A stretch of 63,874 bases of DNA, the filler included, from Intoshia linei (Eukaryota > Animalia > Orthonectida), in assembly GCA_001642005.1 (NCBI GenBank). It is 9 parts of 9 records of this genome, joined end to end, with 100 filler letters (N's around TTAATTAATTAA, not from the genome) between each part and the next. Parts side by side here need not be neighbours in the genome. Positions count along the whole stretch, not along the records: positions 52,428 to 57,767 come from LWCA01001794.1; positions 57,868 to 61,174 come from LWCA01002107.1; positions 61,275 to 62,518 come from LWCA01002711.1; positions 62,619 to 63,874 come from LWCA01002709.1; 5 more parts are not named here. One strand, 5' to 3'. The number at the start of each line of letters is the position of its first letter. Position 1 is the first letter of the stretch. Positions 52,890 to 63,874 of the stretch are shown piece by piece. Below the pieces are notes generated by a model, which saw nothing but the letters and a program-made list of their open reading frames with translations, had not been told where the DNA came from and did not search any database. A program made the position numbers and the translations under genes.

Positions 52890-53780
52890 TAGTGGAATCC
52901 GCTTATAAGAAACGCATCGGGACCAAGCAATTGGTCCCTTATAACCGAACGTCTCTTATATCCAAAAAATCAAAAAAGTAAAGACTTTAAATAAATAAAA
53001 TATTAAGTAATATATATGTCGTATAGAATGTGTAAAACTGTGAAATGTATACGTTCTATGGACAAGTCGTACAATGTATACATTTCATGGATAAGTCGTA
53101 AAATGTGTAAAACTTTCATTTATATTTTAGTTTAATTTTGGGTTTTAGTAATTTTTTTTAAACCAAAATTTTAAAGAGGGTTTTTAAGAAATTTTTTTTT
53201 GAACCAAATTTTTAAGGGAGGTTTTTAGGATTTTTTTTGAACGAAACTTTCAAGGGGTGTTTTAAGATTTTTTTTTAACAAAACTTTCAAGAAAGGTTTT
53301 TAAGATTTTTTTTGAACGAAACTTTCCAGGGGGGTTTTTAGGAAATTTTTTTTGAACCAAAATTTTTCACCATGTGCTATTTTGTATTAAATCTGGTTTC
53401 TATGTTTTCATCTGGCAAGCCAACCATGTGTATATTTAAAGTCATGACAGCTTAATTCTTTTGCAAATTCTTCAGCTTTTCTTTGAAGAATTGGATCGTT
53501 AATACTTATTCCTCTCTTAATTACAATGTTAAACCACCTCTCTAAAGCATTTTTAATTTCAGGGTTTTTGCCATCACGTTTTCTTTTAAAATCTTTGTGA
53601 ATTGTTTTTGATCGCCTTCTTAGTTCATCTTCATTTTCTAATAAGTTACCGATGGTACTTCTTGGAACTAATAGGATATTCGATAATTTTCGATAAGATT
53701 TGGTACCGTGGTAAGAATGAATTTTGTCCAAAATAATTATTTTTTATTTTAATTTTAGTGATTTTCTTTTTAACGCCATT
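52890..53780 (-). mobile_element. Tigger/pogo remnant with CENP-B-type HTH
   Basis: ORF 53408-53731 (SYRKLS...VPRSTI...ALERWF...GISINDPILQRKAEEFA...FKYTHGWLAR) and a TIR-like end TA|TAGTGGAATCCGCTTATAAG at 52890. Confidence 0.8.
53013..53367. repeat. Left arm of the foldback-like family, with six ~38-bp units
   Basis: Starts TATATGTCGTATAGAATGTGTAAAAC and continues as in 35323-35540. Sits inside the Tigger remnant. Confidence 0.7.
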
Positions 53781-53971
53781 TTGGAGGTTAAACGTTATTA
53801 TTAAAACAATTAGTCAAAATGTGAAGGTTTCAAAAATCATTTTCTACAAAAATGTAATAATTTATTTTAAAAAAGTTTTGAATATTCATTTTAAAAAACA
53901 AATTGCTTGTCTACTGAGTTTTTGGATAAAGATAGTAAATATTAAAAATTTTTAGATTTGATTTTTGAGAT

Positions 53972-54283
53972 TTGTATTTGGCAGATATTTTTAAAAAATG
54001 TAATGAATGTAGTTTACAATTAAAAGGAAATAATTTGACACTGATATGCTGCAACAAAATTATCTTAATGTTTATTAAAAAATTAGAAATCTTTAGTTAT
54101 AATTTAGCAAAAAAGGAATTATACCAATTTTCTATATTGCTTTCTATAAAAAACGAAATAAATTGTACTGATATAAAGAGATTTGTTGATCACACCAATA
54201 ACCTCAAAAAAGACATAGAAGGTAGATTCATTGACATATTAGATCTAAAAATAAATGATTGGATGACCGATCCATTTTTATAA
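53972..54283 (+). mobile_element. hAT/Buster (ZBED/SCAND-like) transposase fragment
   Basis: YLADIFKKCNECSLQLKG...FIKKL...QF..L...H...LKKDIEGRFIDI...WMTDPF. Confidence 0.8.
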
Positions 54284-54382
54284 AAATAAAAAATATATTT
54301 TCATAAAAAACTGCTCTACTTATAACAAACATGTAAAATGAAATATATTATTTTTTAATTCAATATTTTATTATGTTCATTT

Positions 54383-56705
54383 TTCTATATATTCATATCA
54401 ACATCGGTGTCATGTCTTTCTTCGTTTTCCAACAAAACTAAATCCATTGTGTGTATAGATTCAATTAGGGATTCTACTTCTTGTGAAACTTGAATAATTT
54501 GAACTAAAACTTCACTCATGTATGAAACAATGTCGTTTTGGTCTTCTATATTTAAATAAATTAATAAAGTTTCAATATTAAATTGTATTTTATTTTATTA
54601 TATATTGTATAACATTGCTTCTATTAATTTATGCCATACATTAATATGATGCAGTTTAATATTTATATTTCATCAATATAAGTATATGATAATAATGATT
54701 TTAATTAGATTAGTATATTTTGATGTTGACATATGAAATTACTGGGTTCTGGTAGACCATCAATGAAATAAATAATATCTCCAATTGCATCAGTGAAACA
54801 TGTTGTTTTTTCAATTAGAGCTGATCCAAATGCAGATACTATATATATATAACATTAAATGTATTTCAATTTAAATTTTACCAGAATATCCGGTACTCAT
54901 TTCCAATTTTGGACATATTCCATTTTCGAAATCTAAAATTTAATTATATAATTATATTGATTTATTTGATACCAATTTTATTAAATATTTCAAAGAGTTT
55001 ATTGATTGCTTCGGTGGTACATTTATCTTCCCAAATTTCCGATTTTCTTACTGGGTCGCAGTTTTTGTAATCTACATACAACAGTATACATTATTAAAAC
55101 CAAACTATTTATAAAGACTCACGTCATCGAGGTGTTTCATTTTAGGGAAAAGTATTGTAAAATGTTTACGTTTATTATTTTTGTTTATGTTTTTTATACA
55201 TGTCAATGTGCATTATAATATATGTTAAGATACACGTAATTTTATGAACATTTGGAACTTCATAAAGGTATGATATAACAATTATATATCATTTTGTATA
55301 GTTATGAAATTTATTCATTTAAAATCGACTCAAGTGACTGAAACACCGCGTGGTATACTCCTGATATGATAATAACATACTACTTATTCTAGTAAATATT
55401 TATTTTTTATAAATTTTAATGTGATACTGAATGCGTAGAATTGCATAAAATCTTCAAATAGTTTTTCAAATTTTCTGTTTTCCCTCTCTCCAAGGCGGTT
55501 CAATTTATCCAAAATGATTTCTACTAATTCTTCAACATCGGATTCTAAATATATTTAAATTAACATTTTTATAAATTTGAATATTTTATCTTAAGTTTTT
55601 ATTAGTATGTCCTTTTAATTTTTTATACATTAATGTATGTTTTTATATAGTTAATACATGTAGCATATAAAATGTATAATATACATTGTATATTATTCAT
55701 AAACATGCTATAAATTTCATATATACTTAATAAATATACAACTTAATAACATATGTTTGGAACAAAAAAAATATCCAACGTGAATCAATGTATTAAACGT
55801 TTACCCTATTTGTATTTCTTATGTTCGATAAAAAACCTCGCATGGCAGTGATATTAATATTTGAATATGTTTTCCCTATTCAAGTTTCGCAGTAAAACGG
55901 CACTTATTTTCATAATTTATACATTAGTACGTAATGAAGTTGATGTGTAAATACAATATTATAGTATTGTCGAAATATATCATTAGTTCATATTTTGTTC
56001 TGAATTTATTTTAACTTACATTTATTTATTATGTATTTATTATTATTTTAATTTTTTTATTTACATTTATTATTGTTAACGTCATTTATAAAAATTGTTG
56101 TCCCTATTCAAGTGCAGCGCACTGTATGTAATGATATAATAAATAATTTATAATACATTACGGCTTGGATCTTGATCAAAGAAATTTCTAATTTTTTGGA
56201 TTCCATCGGTGTACTTTTCATGAATATTTTGTATAATTTCATACAACATTTGTCCATTTTCAAACATTTCTTCCTTTTCCATTTCTAATTATCACGTTAC
56301 AGTAAAATATAATATATATTTATAATTTTAATCATTGACAATAAATTACTTTTCATCATTTTATTGGAATGTTCTTGTTCCTGGTTGCATTTATCTCTGT
56401 CTTTACCCATGTTTCTCTTAAGTTTCTGTAAGGCGAACATAATAGATTCGTTATAACTATTATCTTCAGTTTCATCAGTTTCATCATCTTCATTATCTTC
56501 ATCATCTTCATTATCTTCATTATCTTCATCATCTTCATTATCTTCATCATCTTCATTATCTTCATCATCTTCATTATCTTCATCATCTTTATTATCGTCA
56601 TTATCTTCATCATCTTCTTTATCTTCATCACCTTCTTCACTTTCACCTTCTTCAACATTTACTTCAGCCTCTGGAGATTCCGTTAAAACGTCAGTTTGTC
56701 GCTTC
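54383..56705 (-). CDS. Uncharacterised multi-exon acidic/helical protein (5' end missing)
   Basis: GT-AG-bounded open exons: KRQTDV...(EDDEDN)n...SNKMMK, MEKEEMF...IKIQA, SDVEELVEIILDKLNRL..., YKNCDPVR...CTTEAINK, FENGICPKL, SAFGSALIEKTTCF, DQNDIVSY...DMNI*. Confidence 0.65.
56480..56630 (-). repeat. Coding 18-bp tandem repeat (GAAGATGATGAAGATAAT)n
   Basis: TCTTCATCATCTTCATTA repeated on the + strand. Encodes EDDEDN in the spliced frame. Confidence 0.9.
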
Positions 56706-56720
56706 TATAAATGAATATAA

Positions 56721-57716
56721 CCCTTACTTATATAATATGCTACGTAATATTTGTTTGTATGTGCGTGTGTGTGTTCCAATTTATTTCAATAACTACCAGT
56801 CTTAGAATTTTATAAAGTCCACATTTCAACTACAGTTTTTCCGGGGTGATAATAAGATAAATTGCAACCTCCCAAACTCACATCTTACAGGTCACTTACC
56901 CCAAGTGTCCTTTTTTTGAAAATCCAACGAGTTGGAGACCTTAAAAAAATATCTCTTCAGGGCTAAAACCCCAAATTACCTTTTTTTTAATGAAAACAGC
57001 CCTAAAATTTAATAAAAATTACGGGTGGTACAGTTGTATTATGTTAACACACACAAAAAATTTCAATCTGAATAAGTGACGACTTCACGGTAAAAAAAGC
57101 ATTCTAGTATTCATATATTTTTTTTCCGAAATATTTTATTAAAACCAAAAATGTGAATTAATTAACAGTCCAAAAATTTAAAAAAAAAATTATTCTGATA
57201 GAGCTTATTCCAGTTGATATAAATACAAAAGTTTAACCTGAGAAATCTACGCATTCCCGATGAAAAATAATTTTTAATATATTATGAACCAATTTTAATC
57301 CCAGAAATCTACGGACTCCCGGTGAAAAATAATTTGTAATATATTATCAACCAATATTTTTCAAATATTTCGATTAAAATAAAAATTGAGAATGTAAATA
57401 TTGATCCTACAATTTCAAAAAAAAATTAATTTGAACGTCTACACATCTTCAATAAAGAAATATGGGTGAAAATCAATATAATTCATTCCTTCGGAATTTT
57501 AAATTCTCATTTTTAAAACATTTTGTTTCAAATTGAAACTTCAACAGCAAAACTAAAAGTAATACAACTTTGTTATTATCATTTTTATATTTATTACAAT
57601 TTTTTGCAAAATTAGTAAAATTCACCTGAAATATGTTTATAAAGTGAAGATTCCGTTAATTATTGATATACATAATTGGTATTTTTAATTATTTATTAAA
57701 TTGGTACTGAATATAT
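56721..57716 (+). mobile_element. Helitron copy (5' T>C variant, 3' truncated)
   Basis: A|CCCTTACTTATATAATATGC, (TG)n tract, collinear with the reverse complement of 24255-25303. Confidence 0.8.
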
Positions 57717-58513
57717 TAGGTTGTTTCATAAGTAATGTCGTTTTTATTGTAACTTTATTATAAATCANNNNNNNNNNNNNNNNNNNNNNNNNNNNNNNNN
57801 NNNNNNNNNNNTTAATTAATTAANNNNNNNNNNNNNNNNNNNNNNNNNNNNNNNNNNNNNNNNNNNNGTGATTAGCACTAAAAGTGTGCATTTTTAAAAT
57901 AGAAAAACTAATCCGCAATCAAAAATATTTAATATTATATATATTTATATTTAATATTAGGAATAATTTCAATTCTTATGTACTTTTATCTATTAGGTAC
58001 TGGCTAGAATTTAAAGCTAATGTATACCAATTGTTTATATTTTAACGCAGTATACTTTTTAATTGTTTTTAATGCAAAATCATATTTTTTAAAAATAATT
58101 ACATTAAATATTACAATGGATATCCCTTCCAGAAATAAAGATATGAAACGGGTAATTTTTTATAAAATTTTAAATAATTCAAAATTGTACATTGAATTTC
58201 AGTGTTAAATAATTATCTTAATAATTTTTAAATATGAGAATATACGAGTAAACATTTTTTTGCAATTTTACAAGTTAAATCGACTAACTAATAATAATAT
58301 TGGATAACTGGGAACCGATAGTCAATAACCAACATAATGTTTCTCTATATATATCTCTATTACTCATATACCTATGACTTATTAATCTATTTTTTTTATA
58401 CTGGATACTTTATACTTATATCCATTTTTGGTCAAGTACAATTTAAAATTTTTTAATTTATACGGTGTCATAGTTACAATACATTTAAATTATTATGATG
58501 ATTCGTAGTACAT

Positions 58514-58700
58514 ATTTCAACCTCCCAAACTCACATCTTACGGGTCACAAATCCCAAATTACCCTTATTTTTTTAATGAAAACAGCCCTAGAATTTAAAA
58601 AAATTTACAGGTGGTACAATTGTATTCTGTTAACACACGCAAAAAATTTCAATCCGAATAAGTGATGACTTCACGGTCAAAAAAGCATTTTAGAATTTAT
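58514..58700 (+). repeat. Helitron internal fragment lacking one unit
   Basis: CTTACGGGTCACAAATCCCAAATTACC fuses the first unit core to the second unit body. Confidence 0.7.
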
Positions 58701-59089
58701 ATATAAATTTTTGAAAATCCGATTATTCGAAATATATTCCGATTATTTTTTTACGATTATTCTAAGCGATTAATCGGATATCATTCCCTAGTATGTACTA
58801 CGAAATTATTATTTTTTAGTTTAGAGGTACGAACTGTAAAGTATGTTGACAACCACTGTAATAGGGGTTTTAGATTTTGACAAATTTAAATATTTATTAT
58901 ATTATATTTATATTTAGAATATAATGGATAGTTTGTGGTTTGAACGTGAAGATGCAAATTTCTGAGAGTAAAATGTATCTTACTTTCTGCATAGGAAAAC
59001 AATGAGCTATAATTATGATTTTTAAACTTCTGGTATGGTCAGTTTTCTAAATAAATGCTTACACACATTAGTATAAATTAAATTTTTAG

Positions 59090-60182
59090 GATATTGAAAC
59101 TGAAGTTGTTAAAATAAAGGAAAGGTACAAATCAATAGTTAATAATATTGATTTAATATCTCTGCAAGAAATAAATGACAACTTATTAACGATAGAAAAC
59201 GGTATTGAATTGATAAATAGAGAAAAGTCAACCAACTATTCTGAAGAAATTGAATCACTTCGGCAGGAATATGATAAATTGACCACAACTTCTACATCGA
59301 CTATTGATGAAGTAAAAATATTATTTAATGATGCATTACATATGTTAGAAGAATTTAAAAATGATTCAAAAATATCTGATATAATTGGAATACCAAAGGA
59401 TTCAATGTACTCGTATTATATAATAATTAGTAAAAAGATTAACCAGTGTGATCATTTACAAAACAAAATAAAATTAAAAAAGGACATTTTGTTGACATAC
59501 GATGGTCATGAAAACTTTAAAAAAAATTTACAAGTTTGCAAAAATCAAGTGATTGAAAGTATCTATGTTTTGGAACAAAAATGCTCTAGTCAAAAGGTAA
59601 TATACCTTGAATATTTTGAATTCAATTATAAATACATTTTAGACATTTCAAAAAAAATGATATAACTGGGTATCATTTTTGAAGAATATAGATAAAATGT
59701 TACTTATCAAATTTACAACCAACATCGATGATGTGATGAATCACTATTTCGAATTTTGTGTATTTTTTATATTATAATTTATTTTATATAAATTTAGTAT
59801 ATATAAATAGTTGTTTTACGAAATACTAAATTTTAATGACCCTATTTTAATTGACATCATTAATGAAGGAAACATGTTGTGTTCTGGTGATGACAAAAAG
59901 GAATCTTCAAATTCATCAATGTATAGTACTAATTTATGTGATTCTCAAAAGAATTATATCAATGAACTGAATTCATCCTTCATTGATTGAGGAAACATTA
60001 AAAAAAGATTTAAACACCGAAAAGATTTGATTCTTCAATACATTTCCGTTTTAAATCGGTTTAAAATGAAAATGATTTCATTTAATGAATTTAATGAGTT
60101 ACTATATCAGAAAATTGATAAAATCGAAATTAAAAAAACTGAATCAATATATTCCATAAACAGAAAGTGGAATTTAATACTG
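59090..60182 (+). pseudogene. Spliced helical/coiled-coil protein with in-frame stops
   Basis: Long open exon 59090-59596, then exons 59643-59759 and 59811-60182 in phase, each interrupted by one TGA (59658, 59988). Confidence 0.5.
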
Positions 60183-60243
60183 GTAATTTATTGATTGATT
60201 ATTTGGTTAATCTTTTTAAATTTAGGGTTTTGATTACAATGAA

Positions 60244-60570
60244 ATGGTTTTATTGAGTCAATTTATTTTGACTTCTGTGAGTGCAGAAAGGGCAACTGAT
60301 TGTCTAAATATCCGGGAACATTTGCGTGCAGCAAGGAATAGTTTCAAAAGACTCGCTCAACAATCTGATTATGATTATGGTAATCATATGACGCTAACGA
60401 TTCACAATAGGTATATCTTAATTTGAAATGTATAGCTCAGATTTTTATGTTCCATCGTGTACCAAATATTTTTATATATTTGATTAACCTGTGTCCTCAA
60501 ACGGAACAGAACAGAACCCATCTTACCCGATACCCTTTTATGGATGATGTTGGTGTTTTCGGCAAATATG
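60244..60570 (+). pseudogene. Thyroglobulin type-1 domain-like sequence, disrupted
   Basis: MVLLSQFILTSVSA-ERATDCLNIRE...YD|DFYVPSCTK...FYG*CWCF matches the C...Y(I/V)PxC...CWC pattern. Two in-frame stops. Confidence 0.45.
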
Positions 60571-62618
60571 TAATATGTATAAAAACTGTGGCCTCATTTT
60601 TCGAAATTGAGCCTTTAATAAATTTTTCAATATCGTAACTGTTTTCTCTTAAATTTAAGCTGTGAAATGCAATCCGTGATGATAGGTATAGGCAGAGCCG
60701 GTTCCAAAGCTCAAGATCACCGAAAATGAAAAATGGACACATGAAAAGATTTAAAAACGATACGTAATGTCATATAACCCCTAGACACTTCTTCAAGATT
60801 CTTGACTTGACATTTTTAATTGAGAACAAAATAGTTACGATATTCAAGAATATAATTTTCTTAATGCTCAATTTTGAAAATAAAATCTTTTACTTTTATC
60901 GACTGAATATTTTTATTTGTTTCAATGAAGAGTCTTCATTAAATACACATGTTAATACTTTTTGCGAAAATAAAAAAGTGCCACCCCATACGTGGAAGAT
61001 GGGGTTGAATGATACAAAATTATCCAAAAATTATATAAAAAGAATTAAAAAAAACCCTGGGGCAAAGCACTTCAAAATACGAATAATGAGCAAAATTTAA
61101 TTTATTTTGTATAGTAAATTATAGTAATAATTATTTCCATAACAATTAATTTTCAATTTATATTTTTTTATATTNNNNNNNNNNNNNNNNNNNNNNNNNN
61201 NNNNNNNNNNNNNNNNNNTTAATTAATTAANNNNNNNNNNNNNNNNNNNNNNNNNNNNNNNNNNNNNNNNNNNNATAAAATTTCAAAAAAATAAAATATC
61301 TATATCTATATAAAAGAATACTTCACAATTACATTTAATTTCGAATATAATATAAAAAAATAACATTTTTAATATTTTTTATGAAGAAATTTAAAGGCAA
61401 TGTATTTAAGTTATATTTAATGGTTATGATGTAGAGTCAAACTCAAGTCTAAGGAACAAAAAATTTCAAAAATAGAATAAAATAAGGAAAAATATGAAAT
61501 TATAACTTTTATTACTTCCTAATCATATAATTAATGTTTGAGGGTTCTTCTTTTTTTAAATTTTCGAATATATAATTTATTTTATAGCAAATATTTTACC
61601 AATTTTTTCAGGAATGATTTCAGTAAAAAAATTTTGGAGATTATGAATAAGCATAATTGCCTCAACGTGCGTAATTCAATGTGTTGAGGATATATGGTCC
61701 GATTCTTCAGAAGCAGAATTTTCATCAGTATTGGAAACAATTACTATACCTTCCTTGTTAATAATATTGTTTATTATGAAATTCTCTTGGTCCACATCAT
61801 CATATGGAACAGTGGTTACTATTTCATTTTAAACATACCTATACAATGTATTATATACATTAGGGTCGACACAATTTCAATATTTTTGAATTTCGTATGG
61901 GCAATTAGCCAGAAAGTTTCGTTTTGTTAAGTTAACTTAAAATACAAAATTTTAACAAAATTTGAAAACTCTACGAGGGTGCTCAAGGATACTGAATTTT
62001 AATATACGATTTGTATACATAACTATGTATGAGTAAAATATACCAAGGGCTTATCTTAGTTTGACCATATTTAAGATAACATTGATTACGGAAACGTTCA
62101 GTTTGGAGAAAATTATTTTGTTTAATTTATTACCAAAGGTTTGTAGGTGTCCTAATTAAAAAAATCCAATATTTTTGATATTTCGTAAATGTATAATAGC
62201 ATGCAAAAAGCTAATATTATTTCACTTTTCGAATTGATCTGAGCCCAAAGATCTATAATTATAGAAAATCCATCAGATGTTATACATACCGATAAAAATT
62301 CAACAATTTTATGACCATAATCATGCGCCCTTTTCCCGTCAAATTGCAGACAAAAATTATTTTTAAAGAACTAAATATTTGAATTTATTTTATCTGTACA
62401 ACAACCAATTTCTTTGTTCAAAGCAGGCACGCACATTGTTCTACAAGGAATGATAGAATTAGTAATTGTTTTTAGAATCGTTTGCATTTTACGTGAAGAA
62501 GTTTCTGTCTTTATACATNNNNNNNNNNNNNNNNNNNNNNNNNNNNNNNNNNNNNNNNNNNNTTAATTAATTAANNNNNNNNNNNNNNNNNNNNNNNNNN
62601 NNNNNNNNNNNNNNNNNN

Positions 62619-63874
62619 TTGCCGATCTTCTAACAAATTTAAGGGGTACGACTGATACGATGGTAACTAATTACGGGAAAAATGGGATTAAAAAACTACA
62701 GGACATGATGAGGCATTTTATATTTGCGATATGCATAACACTTTTTTATATTATAGAAAGGGATAAAGCAGAGGTTTTTGAGGGGGCTATTATCGAGGAA
62801 CCTCCTGATAAATGTATTTACACGGGAGAGAAATATCAGTAAATTCCACCATATCGGCAAAAGTGTGCGAAGTTAAGCCACCTCTTGAAGTTATCGATCG
62901 TTTGTATGATCGAGGGGATTCCGATTTTCATGATGTTATCAAGGAGTATAAGGATATATTTACTGAGAATCCGGGTTATACGAACGTTATTACCAACACC
63001 TAATCCAGAAGAAATTTTTGACCGGTTAGGTGCAAATTCTTTGTTTACTTGTCTCGATTTGAGTAAGGGATTTTGGCCAGTGGGGTTGAAAGAGAGCATA
63101 GACATTTAACTGCTTTTGCTACCAGCTATAAGGGACGCCTGTGGCAATATAGAGTTATGCCATTTGGTGTAATCAAAGGACCTATGACGTATCAGAGATT
63201 GAGCAATACAATTTTGGATGGATTACCTTATATAGTGCCCTATTTGGATGCCATTTTAATTTTTTCACCAAATAAGGCTTCTCATAAAAAGCACGTAAGA
63301 GAGGTGATGAGTAGAATTCGTAATACGGGTATCACCTTAAATCCGAAGAAATGTGATATTGGGTGTCAGCAAATCAATTTTTTGGACATGTAGTAGATGA
63401 AAAGGGGTTACATATGGATCCAACTAAAGTATCGGCCATTAGAAATATGAAGGCACCTAAAGACGTGAAAGGGATGCGCAATTTAATGGGGATGTTTAAT
63501 TATTATCGAAAATTTTTGCATAATTATGCTTCAATATCAGAACCGCTAATTAGGTTAACTCGTAAGGGGATCAAATTTGACTGGTTAGCAGCGTGTGAAG
63601 AATAATTAAATCTGCTAAATGCTTCCGACTATGACATGGGGGTGATATTATCACAAAATGGTAAACCATTACGTTGTGCCAGTAAGGTGTAAAATACATG
63701 TCAGCGTAATTATGGGACGTATGACAGGGAATTGTTAGCCGTTTATTGGGGAATTATATCGTTTCACAGGTATCTTTATGGTAAAAAATTTACTGTTATA
63801 ATAGACCATAAACCTCTTGGTGATATTCATAATTCAAGGAATAGTCAAGGGAGGAGGTTGAGATGGCTGCAAAA
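62619..63874 (+). mobile_element. Degenerate Ty3/gypsy pol (RT and RNase H)
   Basis: FTCLDLSKGFW, TAF, YRVMPFG, YLDAILIFS (YLDD changed to YLDA), LNPKKC, NYYRKF, NASDYDMGVILSQ, QRNYGTYDRELLAV, DHKPL. Several frameshifts and stops. Confidence 0.93.

Noticed and set aside
53150-53367. CRISPR-like ~38-bp periodic array
   Set aside because: Units are contiguous degenerate repeats with no unique spacers, the context is eukaryotic, and there are no cas genes.
56356-56658. ORF of (MKIMKM)n
   Set aside because: Alternative frame of the EDDEDN repeat. Splice sites support the acidic frame.
60226-60379. LAQQSDYDYG as the dynein AAA1 motif LSxQxHYDFG
   Set aside because: No P-loop or flanking AAA sequence, and the spliced continuation fits a thyroglobulin type-1 pattern better.
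61600-61830. Minus-strand acidic peptide ending ITHVEAIMLIHNLQNF, like a Tigger C-terminus
   Set aside because: The resemblance is compositional only, it has an internal stop, and no TIR or DDE motif was found.

Overview
AT-rich eukaryotic (animal-like) genomic DNA with many very short spliceosomal introns (34-45 nt). It is not one contiguous locus: eight identical 100-bp spacers (44 N + TTAATTAATTAA + 44 N, stops in all six frames) join nine pieces, and genes stop dead at these joins. Recognisable spliced genes are calcineurin A (3' truncated), MORN3, PSMD2/Rpn1, ArfGAP2/3 and Rae1 (3' truncated). The ORF track misses ArfGAP2/3 entirely. Region 25.4-32.7 kb is a graveyard of duplicated genes: a frameshifted intronless secreted serpin, a second inverted and deleted serpin copy, a UPF1-like helicase with no visible CH domain and damaged catalytic motifs, and four tandem copies of a decayed exon. 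Roughly 9 kb (hand count) belongs to one non-autonomous Helitron family with A|TC...CTRR|T ends, two stacked 3' termini and a body built from degenerate ~130-bp units. There are also at least five TSD-flanked hAT elements, pogo/Tigger and piggyBac-type MITEs (one nested), a foldback-like element and a decayed Ty3/gypsy pol. Composition, intron size and a ciliary gene fit a compact-genome ciliated invertebrate (an orthonectid such as Intoshia is a guess I cannot verify). I found no CRISPR array, rRNA or tRNA. No clearly new multi-gene system is demonstrated. The best leads are the Helitron architecture, the CH-less UPF1 paralogue and the decaying secreted-protein families.
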